Positions 33,885 through 44,202 of a stretch of DNA of 64,000 nt are shown here, in pieces. This DNA comes from an uncultured delta proteobacterium (GTDB lineage: Bacteria; Desulfobacterota; Syntrophorhabdia; Syntrophorhabdales; WCHB1-27). Position 1 is the stretch's first letter. Each line of letters opens with the position of its first letter. The DNA is taken from NCBI GenBank assembly GCA_963810935.1, contig CAWEPK010000009.1, positions 288,001 to 352,000 on the forward strand, in the 5' to 3' direction. The notes beneath the pieces were generated by a model. The model searched no databases, had not been told where the DNA came from, and saw only the letters and a list, made by a program, of their open reading frames with translations. Position numbers and translations under genes: made by a program.

Positions 33885-33916
33885 GATTCACTATAATGAA
33901 AAGATCGGAAGTACTT

Positions 33917-33945
33917 ATGATAGCGTTTCGCCCGGCCGCTGTCAA
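33917..33945 (-). promoter_or_regulatory. Sigma-70 promoter for the IclR gene
   Basis: TTGACA-N17-TATCAT on minus strand. Confidence 0.65.
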
Positions 33946-33969
33946 TAGAATTTTGCAGTCAGGCATGGC

Positions 33970-33997
33970 TTGACAAGCAACGCAGAAGTGATATAAT
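33970..33997 (+). promoter_or_regulatory. Strong sigma-70 promoter
   Basis: TTGACA-N16-TATAAT with TGn extension. Confidence 0.8.
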
Positions 33998-34001
33998 CTG
34001 C

Positions 34002-34127
34002 GAGCCTGGTTTAGGATAGTGAACAACCCGTCGCGACCAGGAGGTCCGGCAGACCTATCCCTTCCCGGGGCAACCCAAAGTGGCCGGCCCCGGAGACCGC
34101 GCCTTTTAGCCCGAACGGGCTTTTTTT
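34002..34127 (+). ncRNA. Structured leader RNA or sRNA ending in an intrinsic terminator (unclassified)
   Basis: Follows consensus promoter; several stems; AGCCCG-AA-CGGGC-T7 ends 4 nt before the ATG. Confidence 0.55.
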
Positions 34128-34131
34128 CATT

Positions 34132-36127
34132 ATGAGCGAATACAGGATCACCTTCCTTCCGATGGAAAGAACCTTCCCCGCCGGGGAAAACGAGACGGTC
34201 CTCGAAGTGGCGATGAGGAGCGGCATACACATCAACGCAAGCTGCGGCGGTAACGGGGCGTGCGGGAAGTGCAGGATCGAGGTGCGAGCTGGTAAGGCAG
34301 ACTCGCAGAGCCATCCAAAAATATCGAACCGGGAATACGATGAGGGCGTGCGCCTCGCCTGCATGACCCGGGCCCGGAGCGACCTGATCGTAGAAATACC
34401 TTTCGAGTCCCAGGTAGACAGGGCAGCGCTCAAAAAGAGAAGGCCTCCCCATATCCTTTCGGCGGTCGACGTCGACCGCCTCGTGAAAGACTGGTCGGTC
34501 GACCCGCCGGTCTTCAAGAAGTACGTCGAGCTCCCACTGCCTTCCGCACACGACAATATCAACGACCTCGACAGGCTGACCAGGGAGACTGCGTAAAACG
34601 CACAGGATGAAAGAAGTCTCGGTCGATTTCAGGATGCTCAAGAAGCTTTCAGCGGTCCTGCGGGCCGCTAAGTGGTGCGCTACCGTAACAATCGCGCTCA
34701 CAGGGAAAGGCTATACGCTGATCAACATCGAGCCCGGCAACACGGAGGAGCTGAACTACTCCATCGCGATCGACATAGGGACCACCACGGTATGCGGCCA
34801 GCTACTCGACCTGGCGCGCTGCAAAACCTATGGCCGTCCGGGGGGCGTGGAGGGCACGCAGGTGTGCACCCTGGCAGAGACTGCCGATTACAACGCCCAG
34901 ATAAGCTATGGAGAAGACGTCATCACCAGGATCGTCTTTTCCCAGAAGGGCGAAGGCCTGAAAAGGCTCCAGGAGGTGGTCGTCTCCACCATCAACGGCG
35001 TCATCGGCGAGCTTCTGTCGATGAGCGGCGTTTCGGCCGATCGGGTGTCCCATCTAGTTTTAGCGGGCAATACCACGATGACCCACCTGGTCCTCGGCCT
35101 CGACCCCAAGTACATCATGCTCGACCCCTACACGCCGACCGCCAATTTTATCCCTCCCGTACGGGCCGTCGATATCGGCCTGAACGTCAAAGACCACGTG
35201 TTTACGTACATATTCCCATGCGTGGCCTCATACGTCGGCGGGGATATAGTGGCGGGAGTTCTCGGCTCCGGCGTCTTTCAGAGAGAGGAGGTCACGCTTT
35301 TCATCGACGTAGGGACCAACGGCGAGATTGTGGTGGGCAACAAGGACTGGTTGACCTGCACCTCATGCTCGGCCGGGCCTGCCTTCGAAGGCGGCGGGAT
35401 CAAGTTCGGCATGAGGGCGGGCAAAGGGGCCATTGAGCAGGTGAAGATCAATCCATCGACCTGCGAGCCGATGATCCTGACCATCGGGAGGGAGCAGCCG
35501 GCGGGCATCTGCGGGTCTGGGCTTATAGACGCGGTCGCCGAGCTTTTCGAGGCGGGCGTGATAGACCAGAACGGGAAGTTCGACCGGGAGCTTCCCACGG
35601 GTCGGGTCAGACAGGGAGAAAGCGGGTGGGAATACGTTCTCAGCTACGCTGCCGAGAGCCGCATCGGAAGGGACATAGTCCTGACGGAAGTCGATCTCGA
35701 CAACCTGATACGGGCAAAAGCCGCGATCTATGCCGGCTGCAAGACACTTCTCGACAGCGTGGGGCTTGCCTTCGAGGACGTCCAGCGGGTGATCATAGCA
35801 GGCGGGTTCGGACACTCGGTCGATCTGGAGAAGGCCCAGACCATCGGCCTTTTGCCCGACGTTGCCCCGGAAAAGTTCCTCTTCGTGGGGAACGGTTCTC
35901 TGCTGGGGGCACGGCTGCTTTCATTTTCGCGCGACCTGTTGAAGGAGGCGGAGCGGATAGCCAGGACGATGACAAATGTCGAGCTGTCGAACAACCCGGG
36001 CTTCATGGATGAGTTCGTTGCGGCGCTTTTCATTCCGCACACGAACGAAAGCGCCTTTCCCCGCGTGACGGAACAGTTGCGCAACAGGAAGGGGCAGAAC
36101 AAAAACCTGAAGGACGACGCGCCCTAA
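34132..36127 (+). CDS. ASKHA/DUF4445 reductive activator of corrinoid proteins (RACo/RamA-like) with N-terminal 2Fe-2S; split by frameshift at ~34588
   Basis: CGGNGACGKC...RLAC; DIGTTT; YVGGD; DVGTNGE; SAGPAFEGGG; GICGSG; removing one base gives RELRKTHRMKEV. Confidence 0.88.
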
Positions 36128-36333
36128 AGGTCCAGCTTCTCGATCTGCTCTTTGAGTGTCTCAATGTCGGTTTCTTCGAGCATGGGGCGGATCGCGTTGC
36201 GCGACCCCCGGAAAAACTGATACCTGCCCGTCGTCCTGTTCTTCCTGATATTGCCCTTGATCGAGTCCCCCTTGCGCACTTCCAGGATCCATCCGCCCAA
36301 AGGTTCCTTGCCTATATAATCATATTTTGACAT
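36124..36333 (-). CDS. Small hypothetical protein (69 aa)
   Basis: GGAG RBS, ATG, plausible globular composition. Confidence 0.6.
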   Translation of the reverse strand: MSKYDYIGKEPLGGWILEVRKGDSIKGNIRKNRTTGRYQFFRGSRNAIRPMLEETDIETLKEQIEKLDL

Positions 36334-36382
36334 GATCTCCGCCCAGCCTGCCTTTTTTGCGTTCTGCCGTGGTCCCCTTCGG

Positions 36383-37177
36383 TTACCGGCCCTTCCCCGA
36401 AAAAAGCGATTCGACGAGCCACCCGAGCCGGTGCAGGCGACGGCGAGCGCCCCCCCGGCCCACGCACCCACTCAGGTCGCAGCCGGAAAGGCGCCTGTAT
36501 TCTTCTACGAATAGGGCCTTTTCCGCTCCGTCCACCGCCTGCCGGCCCTGCCATACCATTTTGTCCGCGAAGCGAAAGAGCCGACCAACCATCGATTCGA
36601 CATCCCTTTGCGATAATTCCTTCCTGGCGGCCCTGTCGAAGTCGAGAAGCATGAGAGCTTTCGCCTTCGTGACGAGCACGTTCTGGAAATGGAGGTCTCG
36701 ATGATAGACGCCCGCCTGCTCCATTTGCCGCAGAATCCGGGCAAGGTCCTGCATCGCGTGCGCCCTTTCGTCTTTCCCGGCCGTTTTCAGGTACTCGAGA
36801 AGGTTTACGGCGCCCTCTTCAAAAAACGTAACCAGATACAGCCTCTTGAAAAGGAAACGCCTTTCAGTAACCGCGGCAAAAGGGGCCGGCACCGGGACGC
36901 CGCGTTCGAGGAGGTGCGCCAGCGTCTCGCCCTCGGATATCGCGCGGCGTGAGTCGAGGAAAAGGCTGCCTGTAAAGGCCCGGAAAAGCCCGCCGTGCCT
37001 GTATGCCCGCACGGCCAGCTTGCGGCCGGCCGCTTCCATGACCCTTATGCCGCCCCTGCCGCCCGCATCTACCGCCTCCGATTCAAAAAGCCCCCGGACG
37101 AGCGCGTCCGGCTCGACAAACGAAGAAAAATAGAAGATCGTGAACCGCCCGGCCTCTCTTTTTTCGGATGGCGCCAT
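36383..37177 (-). CDS. Lipopolysaccharide/Kdo kinase family protein
   Basis: YRHGG, GVPVPAP, YHRDLHFQNVLV, LLDFD. Confidence 0.8.
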   Translation of the reverse strand: MAPSEKREAGRFTIFYFSSFVEPDALVRGLFESEAVDAGGRGGIRVMEAAGRKLAVRAYRHGGLFRAFTGSLFLDSRRAISEGETLAHLLERGVPVPAPFAAVTERRFLFKRLYLVTFFEEGAVNLLEYLKTAGKDERAHAMQDLARILRQMEQAGVYHRDLHFQNVLVTKAKALMLLDFDRAARKELSQRDVESMVGRLFRFADKMVWQGRQAVDGAEKALFVEEYRRLSGCDLSGCVGRGGARRRLHRLGWLVESLFSGKGR

Positions 37178-37257
37178 CTGATCAACAGTCTAAACAATCC
37201 CGCCTGTTTTTTCTATATGAATGGGGCTTACCCGGCTCTCATGCACGACTTTCGGCC

Positions 37258-37292
37258 AAAAAAGAAGGGCCGCTTGAGTTGAGCGGCCCTTC
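37258..37292 (-). terminator. Intrinsic terminator after acs
   Basis: GAAGGGCCGCT/AGCGGCCCTTC stem followed by T6 on the minus strand. Confidence 0.75.
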
Positions 37293-37316
37293 CCTACTGT
37301 ATGCGTTATTGTGTAG

Positions 37317-39329
37317 TTACTTTATCCTGTTCTCCACGATCTCCGTGACGACGGAAGGATCGGCCAGCGTGCTCGTATCGCCCAGCTCATCGAGGGCGCC
37401 CGATGCAACCTTCCTCAGAATCCTTCTCATGATCTTGCCCGACCTCGTCTTCGGCAGGCCCGGGACGAACTGAAGCTTGCCGGGGGAAGCGATGGGGCCG
37501 ATCTCTTTTCTTACGTGTGCAACGAGTGCCTTACGCAGCTCGTCGTTCCCCGTCTGGCCCAACTTCAGGATGACGTAGGCGTACAGGTCCTCACCCTTCA
37601 CGTCGTGCGGGAAGCCGACAACAGCCGCTTCCGCAACGGCCGGATGGGAGACCAGGGCGCTTTCGACCTCGGCCGTCCCGATGCGGTGGCCGGATACGTT
37701 CACAACGTCGTCCACGCGGCCGAGGAGCCAGAAGTAGCCGTCCTCGTCTCTCCTGGCGCCGTCGCCGGAGAAATAGAAGCCGGGCTGCTGGATAAAATAG
37801 GTGGTGAAGAAGCGTTCCGGGTCCTTATAGACGCCCCTCATGATACCGGGCCACGACCTTCTGATGCAAAGCTCGCCGCCTTCATTCACGCCTGCCTCAA
37901 CGGCCGGGCTGTCGGCGGAAGACCTGGGCTTCAAAACTACTGCATCGACGCCGAAGAACGGCAGCGTCGCAGAGCCCGGTTTCGTCGGCCATGCGCCGGG
38001 AAGCGGAGCGATCAGGTGGCCGCCGGTCTCCGTCTGCCACCATGTGTCGGCAATCGGGCACTTCTCTTTTCCGATGTTCTTGTGATACCACATCCAGGCT
38101 TCAGGGTTGATCGGCTCGCCCACTGAGGCAAGGAGCCGGAGCGACGAGAGGTCTCTCTTGGCCGGCCACTGATCGCCCTCTCTCATTAGTGCCCTGATGG
38201 CTGTCGGGGCGGTATAGAAGATGTTGACCTTGAACTTCTCGACGATCTGCCAGAACCTGTCAGGCTGCGGGTAGGTAGGCACTGACTCGAATATGATCGA
38301 GGTGCCTCCATTGCAGAGCGGGCCGTAGACCACGTAGCTGTGGCCCGTAACCCAGCCGATGTCCGCAGTACAGAAATAGACGTCCTGGGGCTTGTAATCG
38401 AATACATATTTTACCGTCGCATAGGCGAATACCATGTAGCCGCCCGTCGTGTGGAGGACGCCTTTCGGTTTCCCCGTGGAGCCCGAGGTGTAGAGGATAA
38501 ACAGAGGATCTTCCGCATCCATCTGCTCGGCCGGGCATACGTCGCTGATGTCGGAAGCCGATATCTCGTCTTCCCACCACGTGTCCCTGCCGGCCTTCAT
38601 CGGCACTTCAAAACCTTCGAGCCTCTTGACGACGATCACGTCCTTTAACGGGTTCCCCTGCTTCTCGCAAAGGTCGCAGGCCGTATCCGCGCTCGCCTTT
38701 GAGCTTACGTGTTTTCCTGAGCGCCAGTAACCGTTGGTTGTAACAAGAAGGGTCGCGCCGGCGTCTAAAATCCTGTCCCTCAAGGCTTCCGCCGAGAAAC
38801 CGCCGAAGACGATCGTATGGATTGCGCCGATCCTTGCACACGCCATCATGGCGACGGCCAGCTCCGCAATCATGGGCATGTAAATGGCGACCCTGTCGCC
38901 TTTCTTTACGCCCTTCTTCTTAAGGACATTGGCGAACCTGCTTACCTGCTTAAGCAGCTCTTTATACGTGATCTTCTTCACATCCTCGTCGGGCTCTCCC
39001 TGGAAGATGATGGCTACCTTGTCGCCGTAACCTTTCTCTATCTGATAGTCGAGGCAGTTGTAACTGATGTTCGTTTTGCCGTTGATGAACCACTTGATGT
39101 CGCCCTTCGCAAAATTTTCCTCGTTAACCTTGTCCCACTTCTTGAACCAGTGCAGCTCCTCTGCGAGGGGCCCCCAGAACTTTTCCGGGGTTTCGACGGA
39201 CTCTTTCCACATCTTCTCGTACTGTTCCCTGCTCTTCACGTACGCCTGCTTGACGAACTCCGGTGACGGCGGAAACCGCCGCGTCTCCTCCATCATGCTG
39301 GTAATTGTGCCGCTTTTCTCGTCAGCCAT
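37317..39329 (-). CDS. acs: Acetyl-CoA synthetase (AMP-forming)
   Basis: YTSGSTGKPKG, DTWWQTETGG, PKTRSGKIMRR. Confidence 0.97.
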   Translation of the reverse strand: MADEKSGTITSMMEETRRFPPSPEFVKQAYVKSREQYEKMWKESVETPEKFWGPLAEELHWFKKWDKVNEENFAKGDIKWFINGKTNISYNCLDYQIEKGYGDKVAIIFQGEPDEDVKKITYKELLKQVSRFANVLKKKGVKKGDRVAIYMPMIAELAVAMMACARIGAIHTIVFGGFSAEALRDRILDAGATLLVTTNGYWRSGKHVSSKASADTACDLCEKQGNPLKDVIVVKRLEGFEVPMKAGRDTWWEDEISASDISDVCPAEQMDAEDPLFILYTSGSTGKPKGVLHTTGGYMVFAYATVKYVFDYKPQDVYFCTADIGWVTGHSYVVYGPLCNGGTSIIFESVPTYPQPDRFWQIVEKFKVNIFYTAPTAIRALMREGDQWPAKRDLSSLRLLASVGEPINPEAWMWYHKNIGKEKCPIADTWWQTETGGHLIAPLPGAWPTKPGSATLPFFGVDAVVLKPRSSADSPAVEAGVNEGGELCIRRSWPGIMRGVYKDPERFFTTYFIQQPGFYFSGDGARRDEDGYFWLLGRVDDVVNVSGHRIGTAEVESALVSHPAVAEAAVVGFPHDVKGEDLYAYVILKLGQTGNDELRKALVAHVRKEIGPIASPGKLQFVPGLPKTRSGKIMRRILRKVASGALDELGDTSTLADPSVVTEIVENRIK

Positions 39330-39432
39330 ATAAAGTTCTCCTTCTATTGATGGTTTTTGGGTAACAACTTTGTGAGGAGGCCCCGACCCCCGTGCATAGT
39401 GTGCTTCGAAAATAAGCCCTTTGTCAACATAA

Positions 39433-39450
39433 TTGTGCCTAATCTCACAA
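39433..39450. promoter_or_regulatory. Palindromic operator (CRP/FNR- or Rex-like)
   Basis: TTGTG-CCTAATCT-CACAA beside a minus-strand TTGACA upstream of acs. Confidence 0.5.
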
Positions 39451-39495
39451 GCTTTTCGAAAAGTAGCCCTCCGCCCGGCGATTTGCCAATTTGCC

Positions 39496-39525
39496 TTGAC
39501 AGGGGCCGTCCCGGACGGGTATACT
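39496..39525 (+). promoter_or_regulatory. Sigma-70 promoter for rpmB
   Basis: TTGACA-N18-TATACT. Confidence 0.6.
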
Positions 39526-39580
39526 TTATGTTCATTACTCAAGCAACGGAAGTTATTTCAGGAGAAGAGCGGAGTTTATT

Positions 39581-39772
39581 ATGGCCAGAGTTTGTGACAT
39601 ATGCGGGAAGGGCAAGCAGATCGGCAACAACGTCAGCCATGCGAATAACAAGACGAAGAGGCAGTGGCTCCCCAACCTGCAGACGGTGAGGATCGTGAAG
39701 GACGGCGCCACGAAGAAGGCGTCTGTCTGCACAAAGTGTATAAAGAAGGGGTTCGTCCAGAAATCCGCCTAG
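39581..39772 (+). CDS. rpmB: 50S ribosomal protein L28 (zinc-ribbon form)
   Basis: [10 protein letters not shown]...[13 protein letters not shown]...PNLQ...CTKC. Confidence 0.97.
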   Translation: MARVCDICGKGKQIGNNVSHANNKTKRQWLPNLQTVRIVKDGATKKASVCTKCIKKGFVQKSA

Positions 39773-41913
39773 CCGCCCGTGCTCCTCAGCCGGTCGACCG
39801 ACTTCACCCCTTTCAGCTTCAATATCGATTTCACGATTTTTTGTAACTGAGAAGCGTTCTGGATCTCTATCTCGAAAATGCTCGTCGCCGATTTGTCGGG
39901 CGACGTGGTGATCCGGGCGCTCACGATGTTGGCCTTGCTTGCCGAAATGCTCGAGCTTATGTCGGACAGAAGGCCCTTCTTGTCGTCCGCCGACACCCGC
40001 AGGCGCACCGCGTACGCGTAGTCCTTGTCCATCTGCCACGAGACCGCCACCTTCCTCTGCTCGTCGTACGTGTGGACGTTAGGGCACTCTTCCATATGGA
40101 CGGTGAGCCCCCTTCCCCTCGTTATGAAACCCATGATCTTATCCCCGGGGATGGGGTTACAGCACTTCGCGAATTTGACGAACAGCCCGTCGATGCCCTT
40201 GATCTTGATGGCATCGTCCTTGCTTTTCGTTATCGAGCTGATCATCTTCTGGATCCTGCCCACCTTCGGGGTCTCGGGGATGATCTTGCCCAGTATCTGC
40301 AGCGGCGTGTACAGGCCGTACCCGATTGCCGCATAAAGGTCGTCAACCGCATCGAATGAGAAGTCTTTCGCCAGCGCCTGGACATCTCCAGCCTTGAGCA
40401 TGGCGGGCAGGCTGAAATCATGCTTGGCCAGCTCCTTTTCCAGGAGCGTGCGGCCCAGGTCGATGCTCTGCTCCCTCTGCTCCTCCTTCACCCACTGGCG
40501 TATCTTGGACCGTGCCTTCGAGCTGACGACGAACTTCAGCCAATCTTTGCTCGGCTTATGCGTGGGGTTCGTCAGGATATCTATGGTATCCCCGCTTTTG
40601 AGGGGCGTCCGAAGCGGCACGAGCCGGCCGTTCACCTTTGCGCCAACGCACTTGTGGCCCAGCGCGGAATGGATCGAATATGCGAAATCGACTGCCGTCG
40701 CCCCCTTGGGAAGCTCCTTCACGTCCCCTTTCGGCGTGAAGACGTATATCTCGTCGGGGAATAGGTCGATCTTGACGCTTTCAAGGAACTCCTTGTCGTC
40801 CTTCAGTTCCTCGTGCTGCTCGATGATCTGCCGTAAGGGGGCGAACATCCTGTCTTCTTTCGGGTCAAAGACCTTGCCCTCCTTGTACTTCCAGTGGGCC
40901 GCGATCCCCTCCTCGGCCACCTTGTGCATCTCGTGCGTCCTGATCTGCACCTCGATTTTTTCGCCGTAAGGACCGATGACCGCCGTGTGGAGCGACTGGT
41001 ACATGTTCGCCTTCGGCAGCGCTATGTAGTCTTTGAATTTACCGGGTATGGGCTTGAATAGATCGTGGCCGTGGATGTAGCCCAGGGCCTCGTAACACTC
41101 CTTCTCCGTGTCTACCGTCACCCTGAACGCGGTAAGGTCGTAAAGCTGGTCTATGTTCAGGGCGTCCTGTATCGTTTTCCTGTAAATGCTGTAAAGTCTT
41201 TTGGCCCTTCCCGAAACGTGGCACGACAGGCCGACCTGGTCGAACCGCTTTTTCAGCAGTTCCTTCACCTCTTCGATGTAGGCGTCCCGCTCCCTTTTCT
41301 TTGCTGCAATATTTTCGCTTATCAGGCGGTACTCAACCGGCCTCAGGTACTTGAACGAGAGGTCTTCCAGCTCCCCCTTCATCCACTCGATGCCCAGCCG
41401 GTGCCCCAGGGGGGCGTAGATCTCAAGCGTCTCGCGCGATATCTCCGTCTGCTTCTCGGGGGAGAGGAACCTGAGGGTCTGCATGTTATGCAGGCGGTCG
41501 GCCAGCTTGATGAGGATCACCCTGATGTCCTTGCTCATGGCAAGGATCATTTTTCTTAGGCTCTCAGCGTGGGTGTCTTCGGAGCCGGACATCTTGATCC
41601 GGCTGATCTTCGTAACCCCGTCGACCAATTCGGCCACTTCTTCTCCGAAATACTCCTTCAGCTCTTCCTTGGTCAGGTAAGAGTCCTCGAGCGTGTCGTG
41701 GAGCAGCCCCGAGGCGACGGTATGGGCGTCGAGGTTCATCTTCGTCAGGATGTACGCCACCTCCAGGGGATGGATCAGGTAGGGTTCGCCCGAGAGCCTT
41801 ACGGTCCCTTTGTGCGCCTTTGCGGAGACGACGTAGGCGCGCTCCAGCATGTCAACGTCCGCCTGGGCGTTGTACTTCAGGATTTCTTCCACGATATCGT
41901 TAAACCGCACCAT
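39769..41913 (-). CDS. spoT: Bifunctional (p)ppGpp synthetase/hydrolase
   Basis: [30 protein letters not shown] and ACT domains. Confidence 0.95.
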   Translation of the reverse strand: MVRFNDIVEEILKYNAQADVDMLERAYVVSAKAHKGTVRLSGEPYLIHPLEVAYILTKMNLDAHTVASGLLHDTLEDSYLTKEELKEYFGEEVAELVDGVTKISRIKMSGSEDTHAESLRKMILAMSKDIRVILIKLADRLHNMQTLRFLSPEKQTEISRETLEIYAPLGHRLGIEWMKGELEDLSFKYLRPVEYRLISENIAAKKRERDAYIEEVKELLKKRFDQVGLSCHVSGRAKRLYSIYRKTIQDALNIDQLYDLTAFRVTVDTEKECYEALGYIHGHDLFKPIPGKFKDYIALPKANMYQSLHTAVIGPYGEKIEVQIRTHEMHKVAEEGIAAHWKYKEGKVFDPKEDRMFAPLRQIIEQHEELKDDKEFLESVKIDLFPDEIYVFTPKGDVKELPKGATAVDFAYSIHSALGHKCVGAKVNGRLVPLRTPLKSGDTIDILTNPTHKPSKDWLKFVVSSKARSKIRQWVKEEQREQSIDLGRTLLEKELAKHDFSLPAMLKAGDVQALAKDFSFDAVDDLYAAIGYGLYTPLQILGKIIPETPKVGRIQKMISSITKSKDDAIKIKGIDGLFVKFAKCCNPIPGDKIMGFITRGRGLTVHMEECPNVHTYDEQRKVAVSWQMDKDYAYAVRLRVSADDKKGLLSDISSSISASKANIVSARITTSPDKSATSIFEIEIQNASQLQKIVKSILKLKGVKSVDRLRSTGG

Positions 41914-42030
41914 TGTACATAGTATACTATAAAATGGTCCCACCTTAGAGCAAGGCTGAGCCGGGCGGGATATGGTGTTGAAAATGCGGGGTTCTTGTGT
42001 AATACTCCTATCAACCGAGAGGAGATCGCT

Positions 42031-42393
42031 ATGACGCTGATGGACGACTTCAGGAAAAAGACGGAAGACGGTTTGAAAACGCTCAAGGAGACCGCCGAGG
42101 GGATCGCCTTCAATGTCGAGAAACAGGCCAAAATAGCCCGGAAAAAGATGGACATCATGCGGATCCAGAGGAAGGTCCAGAAGCTTTACGGCGAGATAGG
42201 CGAGTATGTTTACGGCGAATGCGCCATGGAAAGGCAAGTATCGATGGAATCGCCTTTCCTCAATGAGAGGGTGATCGCCGTCTCTGCAATGAAGGCGGAG
42301 ATCAGGGATATAGAAAACGAGATCGAAGAGACGAGGAAATCACAGCCGCCCAAGCAGGCGGACACCTCAGGAGATGGAGAGACAAAGCCGTAA
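42031..42393 (+). CDS. Hypothetical coiled-coil protein
   Basis: AGGAG RBS; helical, charged sequence. Confidence 0.75.
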   Translation: MTLMDDFRKKTEDGLKTLKETAEGIAFNVEKQAKIARKKMDIMRIQRKVQKLYGEIGEYVYGECAMERQVSMESPFLNERVIAVSAMKAEIRDIENEIEETRKSQPPKQADTSGDGETKP

Positions 42394-42447
42394 GGCTTTT
42401 CACTCACCTGACGCATGGGCCTAAAGAAGACTGAAGGAGGTTTTTTC

Positions 42448-42687
42448 ATGGTCAGCCAGTTCAAAAACAGTCAAATGTATGTCGAATTGAGGCCCCGTTG
42501 CCCCAAATGCAAAAAAGAGTTCATTCTGGACCTGAAGAAGTTCCTGCCCGGCGCCGTGCATAACTGCTTTTCGTGCGGCTCCGTCACGCAGTTCGACGGC
42601 ACCCTCTCCGAAAAAGTGCAGGGGCTCATGCGCGAGCTCGAATCGACGGTAAATGAAGTAATGAACAGCTTTTCGAGCGGCCGCTAA
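42448..42687 (+). CDS. Small zinc-ribbon hypothetical protein
   Basis: AAGGAGG RBS; CPKC...CFSC. Confidence 0.7.
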   Translation: MVSQFKNSQMYVELRPRCPKCKKEFILDLKKFLPGAVHNCFSCGSVTQFDGTLSEKVQGLMRELESTVNEVMNSFSSGR

Positions 42688-42700
42688 GGCCGCCTGGGCG

Positions 42701-43717
42701 TCACAGGTATTTTTCGCCCAGTATCTCGGCGATCTGGACGGCGTTCAAGGCCGCCCCTTTTCTGATGTTGTCGGCCACGACCCACATATTAAGGCCGTGC
42801 TCCACCGACTCGTCGCGCCTTATACGGCCGACAAATGTCTCGTCTTTGCCTGCGACATAAATGGCCAGCGGATAGATGTTCTTTTTCGGGTCGTCGGCAA
42901 CGATCACTCCGGGGGCCTTCGACAGTATCCTGCGGGCGGCATCCGGCGTAAGCTCGTTCTCGAACTCCACGTTGATCGATTCCGAGTGGCTGTAGAAAAC
43001 AGGCACCCTCACCGTCGTCGCGGTCACCCTTATGCCTTTGTCCTCCATGATCTTGATCGTCTCATTGACCATCTTCATCTCTTCCTTGGTGTAAGCGTTC
43101 TCCATGAAGACATCGATATGGGGCAGGCAGTTGAACGCGATCTGGTGCGGGTAGACGCTGTGCGTTATTTCCTGGCTGGTGTAAATCGCCATAACCTGCG
43201 ACTCAAGCTCGGCTATCGCCCTCTTCCCGGTGCCGGAGACGGCCTGGTACGTGGAGACGACCACCCTCTTGATCCGCGCCGCGTCGTGGAGCGGCTTTAA
43301 AACAACCACCATCTGTATTGTCGAGCAGTTGGGGTTCGCTATAATGCCCTTCTTTTTATACTGCTTTATGGCGTGGGCGTTCACTTCCGGCACGACGAGC
43401 GGCACGTCCGGGTCCATCCTCCAGGCGTTCGTGTTGTCGATCACTACGCAGCCGCTCGCAGCGGCAATGGGCGCGAACTTCTCGCTGACCGAGCCGCCCG
43501 CAGAGAACAGACCTATCTCGACGCCCTTGAAAGAGTCTTTCTTGAGCACCTCGACCTTCACATCATGACCTTTATAATTTAAGACCGTCCCGGCGCTCCG
43601 CTCGGACGCAAGCAGCTTCAGGTCCCGCACCGGGAAATTCCGCTGCTCCAGCGTCTCTATCATCTCGTTCCCTACTGCTCCCGTGGCGCCGACCACGGCG
43701 ACGTTGAATGTCTTCAT
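42701..43717 (-). CDS. asd: Aspartate-semialdehyde dehydrogenase
   Basis: VGATGAVG, ANPNCST, YQAVSGTG, DNIRKGAALNAVQIAE. Confidence 0.97.
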   Translation of the reverse strand: MKTFNVAVVGATGAVGNEMIETLEQRNFPVRDLKLLASERSAGTVLNYKGHDVKVEVLKKDSFKGVEIGLFSAGGSVSEKFAPIAAASGCVVIDNTNAWRMDPDVPLVVPEVNAHAIKQYKKKGIIANPNCSTIQMVVVLKPLHDAARIKRVVVSTYQAVSGTGKRAIAELESQVMAIYTSQEITHSVYPHQIAFNCLPHIDVFMENAYTKEEMKMVNETIKIMEDKGIRVTATTVRVPVFYSHSESINVEFENELTPDAARRILSKAPGVIVADDPKKNIYPLAIYVAGKDETFVGRIRRDESVEHGLNMWVVADNIRKGAALNAVQIAEILGEKYL

Positions 43718-44202
43718 CGCCCTTCCTCCAGTTGTTTTTTCAGATGGTTCATAAGTCCGCCCTCGTTTATCAGCTCCAGCATGAACGGGGGTATCGGCTT
43801 CGAGTGCGCCTCGACGCGGGCCGTCTTGATCAGGCCGGAAGCGAGGTCCACCTCTATGGTCTCCCCCTCATCGACCGCATCGTAAATGTCCGCCTCCAGA
43901 AGCGCGAGGGCCTTATTGAAAGAGTTACGGTAGAATATGCGGGCGAAGCTCTTCGCGATAACTACCTGTATGCCGATGGCCAAAAGGGCCACCGGGGCAT
44001 GCTCCCTGGAGGAGCCGCAGCCGAAATTGGCGCCGGCCACGATAATGTCCCCCTTTTTGACCTTTTTCGCGAAGCCGGGCGCCAGGGGCTCCATGCAGTG
44101 CTCTCCCAATACCCTGGGATCGGTATGCCCAAGGTAACGGGCGGGTATGATGATGTCCGTATCAATGTTATCTCCGAATTTCCAGACCCTTCCGCTCAAC
44201 AT
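43714..44202 (-). CDS. leuD: 3-isopropylmalate dehydratase small subunit
   Basis: [31 protein letters not shown]. Confidence 0.94.
   Translation of the reverse strand: MLSGRVWKFGDNIDTDIIIPARYLGHTDPRVLGEHCMEPLAPGFAKKVKKGDIIVAGANFGCGSSREHAPVALLAIGIQVVIAKSFARIFYRNSFNKALALLEADIYDAVDEGETIEVDLASGLIKTARVEAHSKPIPPFMLELINEGGLMNHLKKQLEEGR

Noticed and set aside
34002..34127. Assignment as SRP RNA, 6S RNA, SAM-I or cobalamin riboswitch
   Set aside because: Lacks the SRP GGAAGGAAGCAG loop, SAM-I core and B12 box; short for 6S. Left unclassified.
34580..34610. Programmed frameshift or two genuine genes at the RACo locus
   Set aside because: No slippery heptamer; removing one base restores a continuous frame; similar indels occur elsewhere in the window.
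39769..39772. Convergent overlap of rpmB and spoT stops
   Set aside because: A 4-bp CTAG overlap is common genome compaction.
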